DNA of 48,229 nucleotides from Minisyncoccota bacterium (GTDB taxonomy: Bacteria > Patescibacteriota > Minisyncoccia > Phycocordibacterales > UBA2100), in the NCBI GenBank assembly GCA_035500505.1, contig DATJXE010000004.1:1-48229 (forward strand), read 5' to 3'. A program made the translations under genes and the position numbers. The notes below the pieces were generated by a model, which did no database searches, was not told the origin of the DNA, and worked only from the letters and a program-made list of their open reading frames with translations. This document shows positions 36,913 through 46,037 of this stretch, piece after piece (the first letter of the stretch is position 1; every line of letters begins with the position of its first letter).

Positions 36913-38175
36913 ATGAAAAGAAGCATTTTTGATCAGGTCGGTCTATGGTTCCTGTTTTTTCTCGTCGTCTACGTCATTCTTCTCATCAAGATAACGACAG
37001 GTTCCTACCTCAACGAAAACGTGTTCTTCGCCATTTACTCCGTGAGTATCACGCTGTACATATTTTCGCGCTTTCTGCTCGCCTATCTCCACAAACCGGT
37101 GCCCGCAGATCTTTCCTTCGAGCCCACTGTCACCTTCGTCGTGCCGGCGAAGAACGAAGAGGATAATATTTACAAAACTCTCGAGCGTTTCGCCGAGGTT
37201 GAATATCCGCCCGAGAAAATAGAAGTCATCGCCATCAACGACGGCTCGACCGATCGGACGCTTGCGGAAATGGAACGTGCGGCCCGTGACATCGCCCCGT
37301 ACGCGCATCGCGTTGAGATCGTGAATTTCGAGGTCAACCGCGGCAAACGCTACGGCATGGCCGAAGGCATAAAGCGCGCGACCAACGACATCGTCATATT
37401 CGTCGATTCCGACAGTTTCGTCGAGAAATCTTCGGTTCGCCATCTCGTGAAATACTTTTCCATTCCCGAGGTCGGCGCGGTCTCCGGACACACCGACGTA
37501 TACAACCGCGACGAGAACACGCTCACGCGTATGCAGGCACTTCGCTACTACATCGCCTTCAAAGTCTACAAAGCGGCTGAATCGGTCTTCGGCAACGTGA
37601 CCTGCTGCCCCGGTTGCTGCAGCGCCTACCGTCGCAGCTACCTTCTCGAATTCGTCGACGAATGGTTGCACCAGACCTTTTTCGGTGCCGAATGCACCTT
37701 CGGCGACGACCGTTCGCTCACTAATTTCATGATACGAGAACATCAGGCCGCGTATTCGTACGAAGCAAGAGCCTACACCGTCGTTCCCAACACATTCCGC
37801 AAGTACATGAAGCAGCAGCAACGCTGGAAGAAATCCTGGATACGCGAAACCTTTATCGCGTCGACCTTCATTTGGAAAAAGAACCCTTTCTTTGCCGCGT
37901 TTTTCTACGGCTACGTCTTCCTCGCGTTCGCGGCGCCTATCGTGTTCGTCCACGCGCTCATCTGGAACCCGATCTTCTATCGTCTGTTGCCGTGGGTGTA
38001 TCTCTCTGGCTTGTTCCTCATGCTTATGCTCCACGGCATCTACTACCGCCTTCACGTGGGCAAACGTCCCTGGTTCTTTGCCGTCGTCACCTTCTGGTTC
38101 TACAGCGTGATCCTCATGTGGCAGCTCCCGTGGGCGCTCGTCACCATCGCGGACACGCGCTGGGGAACCCGATAA
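36913..38175 (+). CDS. processive GT2 polysaccharide synthase, HasA/NodC-like
   Basis: VPAKNEE, NDGSTD, VDSDS, GDDRSLTN, QQQRWKKSW (QxxRW), C-terminal TRWGTR. At 420 aa it compares with about 419 aa for streptococcal HasA (from memory). Multiple TM helices. Confidence 0.85.
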   Translation: MKRSIFDQVGLWFLFFLVVYVILLIKITTGSYLNENVFFAIYSVSITLYIFSRFLLAYLHKPVPADLSFEPTVTFVVPAKNEEDNIYKTLERFAEVEYPPEKIEVIAINDGSTDRTLAEMERAARDIAPYAHRVEIVNFEVNRGKRYGMAEGIKRATNDIVIFVDSDSFVEKSSVRHLVKYFSIPEVGAVSGHTDVYNRDENTLTRMQALRYYIAFKVYKAAESVFGNVTCCPGCCSAYRRSYLLEFVDEWLHQTFFGAECTFGDDRSLTNFMIREHQAAYSYEARAYTVVPNTFRKYMKQQQRWKKSWIRETFIASTFIWKKNPFFAAFFYGYVFLAFAAPIVFVHALIWNPIFYRLLPWVYLSGLFLMLMLHGIYYRLHVGKRPWFFAVVTFWFYSVILMWQLPWALVTIADTRWGTR

Positions 38176-38179
38176 TCTT

Positions 38180-39997
38180 ATGTTCATCGATATCTCGCGC
38201 GAAAAATTATTCATGATCTTCGTCATGATCGTCGCCATCGCTGGGTTGATCGTGGTATTCACGCTCGCGAACGACGTATGGAGCATCTTGCCGCAGACGA
38301 GCTACGAGATAACGCGAGCGGAATCGCAGTTCATATACTGGCTCGAATACGAACTGCCGGGATATCGTGTCGCGGTTGCAGGGGCGGTTCCCCAGGGTGA
38401 CGCAAGATCCATTCCCGTACTTCTCTACCACGGCGAGGGGGGCTCGAGTGCCAATATGCAGCTTTCGGTCTTCGTCGACCAGCTGCGCGCGCTCAAAGAG
38501 AACGGCTGGCAAACCATCACGATGGAGCAATACGACGAATGGGAGAAGGGCGAGATACAACTTCCCGATAAATCGTTCCTGCTCACCTTCGACGACGGTC
38601 GAAAGGATACGTACTACGAAGCTGATCCGGTCCTGCAGGAGATGGGCTTCCACGCGATCATGTTCGTCATCACCGGCTTCTCGATGCCCGCGGACGGAAA
38701 GGACTCGAACTTCTACCTCAATAAGACCGAGCTCGCCAACATGGTGGCGTCCGGACGCTGGGAAATGGAATCGCACGGCGATCTCGACCACGCGCTCTAC
38801 GCGGTCCAGTCGACGACTAACCTCTCACAAGCCGCGACGACGACGCAAGGGCACTTTCTTTCCAACAAATTCTGGGACCCGCAAACGAACGCGTTCGAGA
38901 CCAACGCACAATTCACCGCGCGCGTACAAGGCGACATGAAAAATTCCGTGCAGACACTGGAACAGGACTTTGGCATCAATGTCATCGCCTTCGCCTATCC
39001 ATTCAATGATTACGGCGAGGATTCGGTAAACTTCCCCGGCTCGCAGGCGATACTCGATACCGTCATGCCGCAGATATACACGTACACCTTCTACCAAACG
39101 TGGCCCCAGAACGGCGACACGTTCAATTACCCTCTAACCAACAACGGCCCAGGCACGAGGCCATATATGGAAAAACGCTTCGAACCCGGACTCGATTGGA
39201 CCGGGCAAGAGCTCATCGACGTCCTCAACGCGGGCGCGGCGAAACCTCTCCCATACCGGAGCAGCTCGTTCGGACAGGAGTGGGTGCAGGCGTGGGGCAA
39301 CGCGACCTCCACGTCATCCGGCCTTGTGCTCTCTGCGGACCCGACGACTTCCGGTGCGGATAGTTTCCTCAATGGCTCCGGTTGGTGGGGTAATTACTAT
39401 TTCTCCGCCGTGGTCGACTGGCGGCGAGGTTCCGACATTTCGCTTTTCGCACGCAACGCCGAAGATGAAACGTATGTCGCCTGCGCGTTCTCCTCAACCT
39501 ACGTTGAGATAGAACGACACACCGGCGAGGCACAAACCAATCTGGCTTCGACCGATCAGGAGTTCTCGGGCCCGGGCGCGACGGTCCACGTCGGGATCGG
39601 GGTGGTTGGTGACACCGTCACCTGTTACGAGAACGATGTCGCCGTGCTTTCGGCAACTTCGGCTTCCATTCCCTCCAAGGGCGGCATCGGAGTCGAGGTA
39701 TGGGATAAAAATCTTGATGTTGCCGCTTCTGTGGTGAAAAGTGTCTCCGTATCGCAACAAGCGCCCGTTGCAAGCGTCGCGACCTCGGTCTCTACCGTTC
39801 AAGCTCCCGCGATACAGCCCTCCGTGCCAACGTCTGCTCCTACCACCCCAACGCCGGCGATAATCGCTCCCGCACGCCCCGCTCCACCCGCGACCACCAC
39901 CTCTACAGATGGGGCAACCTCGACATCGAATTTATTGACCGACCTGTTGCGGAAATTCAGGTTGTCGCACCGGGCAAGTGGCAGTCCCAACAATTAA
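38180..39997 (+). CDS. CE4 polysaccharide deacetylase with a C-terminal jelly-roll-like domain and a Pro/Thr-rich tail
   Basis: N-terminal TM helix, NodB motif LLTFDDGRKDTYY, and MESHGDLDH. The C-terminal beta-rich region ends in a P/A/T-rich tail. Confidence 0.8.
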   Translation: MFIDISREKLFMIFVMIVAIAGLIVVFTLANDVWSILPQTSYEITRAESQFIYWLEYELPGYRVAVAGAVPQGDARSIPVLLYHGEGGSSANMQLSVFVDQLRALKENGWQTITMEQYDEWEKGEIQLPDKSFLLTFDDGRKDTYYEADPVLQEMGFHAIMFVITGFSMPADGKDSNFYLNKTELANMVASGRWEMESHGDLDHALYAVQSTTNLSQAATTTQGHFLSNKFWDPQTNAFETNAQFTARVQGDMKNSVQTLEQDFGINVIAFAYPFNDYGEDSVNFPGSQAILDTVMPQIYTYTFYQTWPQNGDTFNYPLTNNGPGTRPYMEKRFEPGLDWTGQELIDVLNAGAAKPLPYRSSSFGQEWVQAWGNATSTSSGLVLSADPTTSGADSFLNGSGWWGNYYFSAVVDWRRGSDISLFARNAEDETYVACAFSSTYVEIERHTGEAQTNLASTDQEFSGPGATVHVGIGVVGDTVTCYENDVAVLSATSASIPSKGGIGVEVWDKNLDVAASVVKSVSVSQQAPVASVATSVSTVQAPAIQPSVPTSAPTTPTPAIIAPARPAPPATTTSTDGATSTSNLLTDLLRKFRLSHRASGSPNN

Positions 39998-40041
39998 TTA
40001 ATGAAGCGACATTCAATGAAGTTCGTTGTTGAGAAAAAATA

Positions 40042-41034
40042 TTGTTCATTTTTCTATCGACATCGTGCAACGCTTCGTGTAGAACGAGACGCATGCATGT
40101 ACACGCGATATCGAACCCGTCTTTTATGCAACGTGATGCGAACAAAATTCTGTTACTAGTAGCAGGCATGATCGCCGTCTTGGCGACTGCTGCGATCACG
40201 CGCTCTTTTCCGCACGTGCCACCCCCGCAGAGCGAGAATGGATCGCAACTCGCGGGAGCGGCGGCGGTCGTGGGTTCTACCTTCAGATACGTCTTTAATT
40301 CTCCAGGAACCCTGAACGAAGCAGGCTCTATGAACGATTCGACTTCTCCGTATTGGTGGCTCAACTCCGGCGGAGAGCTCGTTCTGCAGAGTGGACTCGG
40401 CGAAACGATGCAGGGCACCGCTTCCCTCCTCAACAAGTGGCGCCTCGCCTACGCGCTCACCAATCCGCTGGACACCGATGGCGGCGCACACCCGCAGAAT
40501 TTGTTCCGCCTCGTCTCGCGGAGCACGTGGAACAATTACGTGGAGTCGGCGCAGTTCTATATCGTCAAAGACAACTTCAGTTCTTCTCCGAATCGCAATC
40601 AATCCAACGGCCTCCTGTTGTTCAACCGATACACCGGCGACGGACAGACGCTTTACTACGCGGGGTTGCGCGTCGACGGCACGGCGGTCATCAAGAAAAA
40701 GATAAACGGGATTTACTACACGATGGCACAGAAGCAGATATTCCCCGGCACGTACGCTATCAACGCGGCGACGAGTACGCAGAGCGAGGATCTCTTGCCG
40801 GATGGTGAGTGGATCGGTATCAAAGACCAGGTCGTGACCAATGCGAATGGTTCGGTGACGATAACCTTGTGGATGCAGCTTCCGGGCGGCGCGTGGCAGC
40901 AACTTTTGCAAACGACCGATGCGGGCGGCACCAATGTCGGCGGCACGCCTCCCATCACCGGCGCGCACTATATCGGCATCCGCACCGATTTCATGGACGT
41001 GCAGTTCAAGAACTTCAGCGCGCAGGCGTTGTAG
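40042..41034 (+). CDS. secreted/anchored beta-rich protein (ConA/LamG-like jelly roll suspected)
   Basis: TM/signal helix ILLLVAGMIAVLATAA and C-terminal IGIRTDFMDVQFKNF. The start is probably 40093 or 40126. Confidence 0.55.
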   Translation: MFIFLSTSCNASCRTRRMHVHAISNPSFMQRDANKILLLVAGMIAVLATAAITRSFPHVPPPQSENGSQLAGAAAVVGSTFRYVFNSPGTLNEAGSMNDSTSPYWWLNSGGELVLQSGLGETMQGTASLLNKWRLAYALTNPLDTDGGAHPQNLFRLVSRSTWNNYVESAQFYIVKDNFSSSPNRNQSNGLLLFNRYTGDGQTLYYAGLRVDGTAVIKKKINGIYYTMAQKQIFPGTYAINAATSTQSEDLLPDGEWIGIKDQVVTNANGSVTITLWMQLPGGAWQQLLQTTDAGGTNVGGTPPITGAHYIGIRTDFMDVQFKNFSAQAL

Positions 41035-41070
41035 GCGGTTGGGCATTCACTCGGGATGAGTGAATGTCGC

Positions 41071-41532
41071 CTATCTTTCCAACTTGGCTTTCTCCGCTTC
41101 GTACACGCGTTTGCGCAGCTCTGTCGTGGAGTAATTGTGTCCACGAGTGTTGTAGTAGACATCGAGAGGTAGCCCCCTGCCGGTGTATTGCTTGTCTTTG
41201 TACTCAACGCCGAGGATGCGGACGTCGATGCCGAGCTTGTTCTCGGTGAGGATGTTCAAGAGGTCCGCTTCGGTGTCGTACACGACGATCTCATCTATCC
41301 AGCGCACGCCTTTGAGAATGATCATCCGCTCTTCCACCGACATGATGGGTTTGTTCTTGGTGCCGGGTCGGTCGATGGAGGGGTCGCTGTGCAAGCCGAC
41401 GATGAGATGGTCGCACACCGTTTTCGCCTCCTCGAACATGAGCATGTGTCCCGCATGGCACAGATCGAACGCTCCCGCGGTGAAGCCGACCTTCTTGCCA
41501 TCTTTCATGCGCCGAAGCATACCACGAGCCAA
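41071..41532 (-). CDS. cytidylyl/adenylyl-transferase (TagD / RfaE domain II-like)
   Basis: GFTAGAFDLCHAGHMLMFEEAK (HxGH), and STTELRKRV near the C-terminus. Confidence 0.8.
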   Translation of the reverse strand: MARGMLRRMKDGKKVGFTAGAFDLCHAGHMLMFEEAKTVCDHLIVGLHSDPSIDRPGTKNKPIMSVEERMIILKGVRWIDEIVVYDTEADLLNILTENKLGIDVRILGVEYKDKQYTGRGLPLDVYYNTRGHNYSTTELRKRVYEAEKAKLER

Positions 41533-41535
41533 ATG

Positions 41536-42867
41536 CTAGTGCAGCGGTGCTTTCTGTGCTTCGTCTTCGAGCGCGGAGATCATCGAGGGCGAGGTGAAAT
41601 AATTCGAAAGCGACGATGTCCAATCAGGCTTGCTCGTGTCCACGTCCGGCGCGACCCCGTTGCCTTCGATGGGCAATCCGTCGTAGCGCACCGTCAAATA
41701 TTCGACGAGCTCGAGCGCGTAGGTTTCGTTTGGATCAATGGACGTTTGCAGCGGAATGACGGCCTCGACGCTTCCCCACCCGCGTGTCGTCGAGCCGACG
41801 ACGAATGCAAGACGGTCGTGCTTGAGCGCGGAGGCGGCGAGCTCGGCGGTCGATTGCGTCATTGCGTCGGTCAAGACCGCGATCTCCTTGAACTGCGCGA
41901 GTGTCGACGACTTGTCGGCGCCCCCCGTGCGCTGCACTTGCAGATCGCCCTGGTGGAAGAGATCGAACGCATATTGGTTGGGTCCGAAGAAAAGCGCGAG
42001 GAATTCCTGCGCGAAGGAAAGGTCGCCGCCGATGTTGCCGCGCAGGTCGATGACGAGGTTCGTGAGCGCGGGCGTCGTCGAAGCCGCATCGATCGCTGCC
42101 GCGAATTCCTGTATCGTTGTCGGCGCCACGGAGCTTATATCGACGTAGAGCGTATGCGCGTTCAGCGCGCGAGAGAAGACGGTCGGCTGGGCGCCCGTTC
42201 GGTCGTAGATGGCCTTGTTGGTGGGATTCGAGAGCGTCGCATGCGCCTGCTCCACTTTCGCGAGTTCCTGCTTCCCCGCCTCCGAAGTCGTCGCGGCGAG
42301 CGTCGCACTTTTTTGCGCGTATGCCTGTTCCACCTGCGCCGAACTTGCCCCGCTTGGCAGTCCCAACTCTCCATAGAGATCCTCGGCGGGGTTCACGTTA
42401 TCAACGGTGTTCTGCAGGTCGGTCCGCGCCTGACTTGTAAGAAGTTGATCGCGTCCGTTCGGCGCAAGGTTGTAGAGCGCGACTTGCACCGTTTGCAGCG
42501 CGAGTTGCTCTTGCGATGTCGTCGAAAGGCCCGAAAAGGCTTGCGAGAGCATCTGCGCCACCGCCGCGCGAGTGGATGTCGCAAGTGACTCGTTCGGAAC
42601 GTTCGCCGCCTTCGCGAGCGACAGTTGGAAAAGCGACGCAAGGTCCGCCTCGCTCGCCGTCTGCCAATACTGCGCCTTGATGTCGTCGAAAGCTTCCATA
42701 TCGAAGCGCACGTACTTGTTGCTTTCCTCCTGCGGGGTTTTGAATTGCACCGCGGCGGCAGTGCCTGCAGAGTTTTTTCCGTGCCACAAATACACGCCCA
42801 CACCCGCAAGAGCGACGACTACGACGAACACCGCAACGCCAAAATAGCGCTTCCTCATATCTCGCAT
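41536..42867 (-). CDS. membrane-anchored S41 peptidase-like protein with a J-domain-like segment
   Basis: Start at the internal MRDMRKRYF; the longer ORF would overlap the divergent gene. S41-like LVIDLRGNIGGD and TQSTAELAASAL..GSTTRGWG. J-like DLYGELGLPSGASSAQVEQAY..LSNPTNKAIYD without HPD. Confidence 0.7.
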   Translation of the reverse strand: MRDMRKRYFGVAVFVVVVALAGVGVYLWHGKNSAGTAAAVQFKTPQEESNKYVRFDMEAFDDIKAQYWQTASEADLASLFQLSLAKAANVPNESLATSTRAAVAQMLSQAFSGLSTTSQEQLALQTVQVALYNLAPNGRDQLLTSQARTDLQNTVDNVNPAEDLYGELGLPSGASSAQVEQAYAQKSATLAATTSEAGKQELAKVEQAHATLSNPTNKAIYDRTGAQPTVFSRALNAHTLYVDISSVAPTTIQEFAAAIDAASTTPALTNLVIDLRGNIGGDLSFAQEFLALFFGPNQYAFDLFHQGDLQVQRTGGADKSSTLAQFKEIAVLTDAMTQSTAELAASALKHDRLAFVVGSTTRGWGSVEAVIPLQTSIDPNETYALELVEYLTVRYDGLPIEGNGVAPDVDTSKPDWTSSLSNYFTSPSMISALEDEAQKAPLH

Positions 42868-42924
42868 GATACCAACGAAAGAGCCCCGCTGGACAACATC
42901 CTCCTGTGAGTACACTATTGGGGC

Positions 42925-43686
42925 ATGAGCATCTTTTGGACGGTCCTCGTCATCGTCGTTCTGTATCTCCTCATCTCTATTCGCGTGCTCCGGCAATACG
43001 AGCGCGGTGTTATCTTCACGCTCGGCAAATTCGGCGGCGTGAAGCAGCCGGGTCTCACCCTTGTATTCGTTCCGTTCCAATCAATGGTGCGCGTGTCGCT
43101 GCGAACCATCACGATGCAGATCCCTTCGCAAAAGATAATCACGAAGGACAACGTTTCGATAGACATCGCGGCGGTCGCCTACTATCACATCATGGACCCG
43201 GAAAAATCCGTTATCGCCATCGAGAACGTGCACGACGCCATCAACCAGATAGCGCAGACGACCGTGCGCAATGTCGTCGGCCGCTTCTCGCTCGACCAAT
43301 TGCTCGCGGAGACCGCCAAGATAAATGAGCAGATAAAAGACGTTATCGACTCGCACACGGAGCCGTGGGGCACGCAGGTTACCGCGGTCGAGATAAAAGA
43401 CATCACGCTCCCCGACAACATGCAGCGCGCGATGGCGAAGGAGGCCGAAGCAGAACGCGAACGCCGCGCGAAAATAGTCGCCGCCGAAGGAGAATATCAG
43501 GCCGCGACCAAGCTCGGCGAAGCCGCCGACGTCATCTCACAACACCCCGTCGCACTCCAATTGCGCACGCTGCAGACCATGGCGGAGATCTCGACCGAAA
43601 AGAATTCGACCATCATCTTCCCTGCGCAGTTCATGACCACCGTCGAGGAAGCGTTCAAGCAACTCAAAAAAGACTCAGCGAAGTAG
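42925..43686 (+). CDS. SPFH/band-7 (stomatin-like) protein
   Basis: N-terminal TM helix, [16 protein letters not shown], and the [20 protein letters not shown] region. Confidence 0.92.
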   Translation: MSIFWTVLVIVVLYLLISIRVLRQYERGVIFTLGKFGGVKQPGLTLVFVPFQSMVRVSLRTITMQIPSQKIITKDNVSIDIAAVAYYHIMDPEKSVIAIENVHDAINQIAQTTVRNVVGRFSLDQLLAETAKINEQIKDVIDSHTEPWGTQVTAVEIKDITLPDNMQRAMAKEAEAERERRAKIVAAEGEYQAATKLGEAADVISQHPVALQLRTLQTMAEISTEKNSTIIFPAQFMTTVEEAFKQLKKDSAK

Positions 43687-43691
43687 CGAGT

Positions 43692-43810
43692 CGGGTGCCC
43701 CCTGGGTACCTTGTTTTGGAGGCACCCCGCAGGCTGGCCGAGGACGAGCCGATTTTTTCAGCAGAAAAAATCGGGAATGCCGGAAAAACAGGGTACCCAG
43801 GGGGCACCCG
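43692..43810. repeat. 119-nt nested palindrome: 26-bp outer arms plus an inner 10-bp hairpin
   Basis: Outer arms CGGGTGCCCCCTGGGTACCTTGTTTT (43692-43717) and AAAACAGGGTACCCAGGGGGCACCCG (43785-43810) pair fully with one G:T. Inner hairpin CCGATTTTTT-CAGCAG-AAAAAATCGG at 43749-43774. Confidence 0.9.
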
Positions 43811-43907
43811 CCGAGCGCTATTTTATGGCTCAACCACGGGCCTCATGAAATCTTCATTTACACCATGGCTATAATGTGCCTAGAGTTAGCAGTGTAAGCA
43901 CACAACC

Positions 43908-44579
43908 ATGAAAATACTTTTGGTAGAAGATGAACAAAAACTCGCGCAGGCGCTCGTGAAAGGGCTTGCTCACGAGGGCTATACGGTAGACACCGTCGCG
44001 GACGGCAAGAAGGCGCTCACGCGCATCCAGCTGCACCGCACCGATTACGACGCGGTCATTCTCGACCTCATGCTCCCCTCGATGGACGGGTACGAGATCT
44101 GCAAGGAAATACGCGCGTCCAACATCACGGTGCCGGTCTTGATACTCACTGCGCGTGCGGAGACGGACACCAAGGTGCAATTGCTCCTCGCGGGTGCCGA
44201 CGATTACCTTGTGAAGCCGTTCTCGTTCGCCGAACTTTCCGCGAGGCTCAAGGCGCTCATGCGCCGGCCAAACGAAAAGTTGCCCGAAGTGCTCAAGGTC
44301 GGTGACATTGAGCTCGATCCCGGAGAGCGAAAGGTCGCGCGCGCGGGCAAGGACATTCCGCTCACGTTAAAAGAATTCGGGCTCTTGGAGTACTTCATGC
44401 GGCACCCCAACCAGGTGGTGAACCGCGAGGACCTCTTGAGCCACCTATGGGACTTCAACTATGCGGGATTTAGTAATGTGGTAGACGTACATGTCAAAAA
44501 TCTTCGACGAAAATTGGAGGGAGACGGTGAAGGGGTACTGGAAACGGTCCGCGGCATCGGCTACCGGCTTGCTGAATAA
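43908..44579 (+). CDS. OmpR-family response regulator
   Basis: KILLVEDE, the phospho-acceptor region DAVILDLMLP, and the winged helix VRGIGYRL. Confidence 0.95.
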   Translation: MKILLVEDEQKLAQALVKGLAHEGYTVDTVADGKKALTRIQLHRTDYDAVILDLMLPSMDGYEICKEIRASNITVPVLILTARAETDTKVQLLLAGADDYLVKPFSFAELSARLKALMRRPNEKLPEVLKVGDIELDPGERKVARAGKDIPLTLKEFGLLEYFMRHPNQVVNREDLLSHLWDFNYAGFSNVVDVHVKNLRRKLEGDGEGVLETVRGIGYRLAE

Positions 44580-45654
44580 ATACCAACAGGACCCGTTCTT
44601 CCAGACAGAGACGAACATCATCCTTCTCCAAGGAGCGTTCTCCATCATCCTGCTCGCGGTCATCGGGACCGGTTTCAGTATCGTGTACCGTGAGATCTCC
44701 AGCGCGATACTCAACGGCATCGCGGCCAACTTCTCAACACAAACGCCGCAGCAACTGGGGCTCACCATTGCGACGGAGATACAGAACATCCGTGAGCAGA
44801 ACCTGCTCACCATCGTCGCCATTATCGTGGGCACCACGGTCGTGTTCGGCTACATCATCGCGCGCATCACGCTCTCCCCCGCCAGGAACGCGCTCGCGGC
44901 GCAGAAGCAATTCATCGGCAACATCGCGCACGAACTGCGCACGCCGCTCTCGGTCATCAAGACCAACACGGAGGTGGCTCTTTTCGAGGAAAGCGCGTCC
45001 GCGGAGATAAAGCAGATGCTCCGGAGTAACGTCGAGGAACTCGATCGCATTTCGCAGATCATCAACAACCTTCTCTCGCTCTCGGCCCTGGTGAGGCCGG
45101 AGCGTATGGAATTCTCCGCCATCGACCTCTCCGAGCTTGCCTCGCACATGGTCGAACGCTTCTCGGCGCTCGCGAAACGCAGCAACCATCAGGTCACGGT
45201 GCGCAAAAGCCCGCATACCGTCGTGTGGGGCAACATGACCGCGCTCGAGCAGATCGTGGGCAACCTGCTGCGCAACGCCATCCAGTACACACCGCAGGGC
45301 GGTCAGATAATCCTTACGATCGCTCCGGCTCCGGGAAATCAGGTGGAATTTATCGTGCAAGATTCGGGCCTCGGCATCGCGCGCAGGGATCTTTTTCGCA
45401 TCTTCGAGCCTTTTTATCGCGCCGAACAATCGAGGACGCGCTCGCGCGGAGGTTCGGGGCTGGGACTCACCATCGTTTCGGAACTCTTGAAGCTCATGGG
45501 CGGAAAAATAACCATCCGCTCCGCCATGGGCCGGGGAACATCGGTCATCCTCCTCTTTCCTGCCGCGCACAGAAACGTTCAGGTCGGCGGCTCGGAATTG
45601 CACGAGGGCCTCAACGAGGTCGCCGTGGATTTTTCGCCCAGCCGTACAAGTTGA
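44491..45654 (+). CDS. sensor histidine kinase (HisKA + HATPase_c)
   Basis: H-box FIGNIAHELRTPL, N-box LLRNAIQYT, G-boxes DSGLGI and GGSGLGLTIV. The ATG at 44491 overlaps the regulator gene by 89 nt. A TTG near 44566 is an alternative start. Confidence 0.9.
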   Translation: MSKIFDENWRETVKGYWKRSAASATGLLNKYQQDPFFQTETNIILLQGAFSIILLAVIGTGFSIVYREISSAILNGIAANFSTQTPQQLGLTIATEIQNIREQNLLTIVAIIVGTTVVFGYIIARITLSPARNALAAQKQFIGNIAHELRTPLSVIKTNTEVALFEESASAEIKQMLRSNVEELDRISQIINNLLSLSALVRPERMEFSAIDLSELASHMVERFSALAKRSNHQVTVRKSPHTVVWGNMTALEQIVGNLLRNAIQYTPQGGQIILTIAPAPGNQVEFIVQDSGLGIARRDLFRIFEPFYRAEQSRTRSRGGSGLGLTIVSELLKLMGGKITIRSAMGRGTSVILLFPAAHRNVQVGGSELHEGLNEVAVDFSPSRTS

Positions 45655-45661
45655 TACGAAC

Positions 45662-45703
45662 AAAACAAAAAGCGCCGCGTTTGACGCGGCGCCTTTTGTT
45701 TTT
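45662..45703. terminator. bidirectional intrinsic terminator serving the kinase gene (+) and cspA (-)
   Basis: GCGCCGCG-TTTGA-CGCGGCGC flanked by an A-tract and a T-tract. Confidence 0.85.
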
Positions 45704-45706
45704 GGG

Positions 45707-45907
45707 TTAGGCGCGGCTAACCTTGACCGCGTTGGGTCCTTTCGGACTCTCCGCGATCTCGAAGGTCACTTTGTCTCCTTCGCGAAGCTCGTCAAATTTG
45801 CAGTTGACGAGTTCGTTGGAGTGGAAAAAGAGGTCTTTTTCACGGCCTTCGATTTTGATGAACCCGAATCCCTTATCGGTGAGGCGGGCGATCGTTCCTT
45901 CTTGCAT
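45707..45907 (-). CDS. cspA: cold-shock protein (66 aa)
   Basis: MQEGTIARLTDKGFGFI (RNP1) and DLFFHSNE (RNP2-like). Start at the internal Met, with a long 5' leader of about 130 nt upstream. Confidence 0.9.
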   Translation of the reverse strand: MQEGTIARLTDKGFGFIKIEGREKDLFFHSNELVNCKFDELREGDKVTFEIAESPKGPNAVKVSRA

Positions 45908-46037
45908 AGTGCAATGGTGGATTGTAATAAGCCGCCGGTTTTTGTTCGACGGATCAGCGCAGTGTGGAGTTGGAGGTCGATCCCTACTTCTCTGGATCAC
46001 CCTGAATTGATGGAACTATCCTACCACGCCAGCGCTT

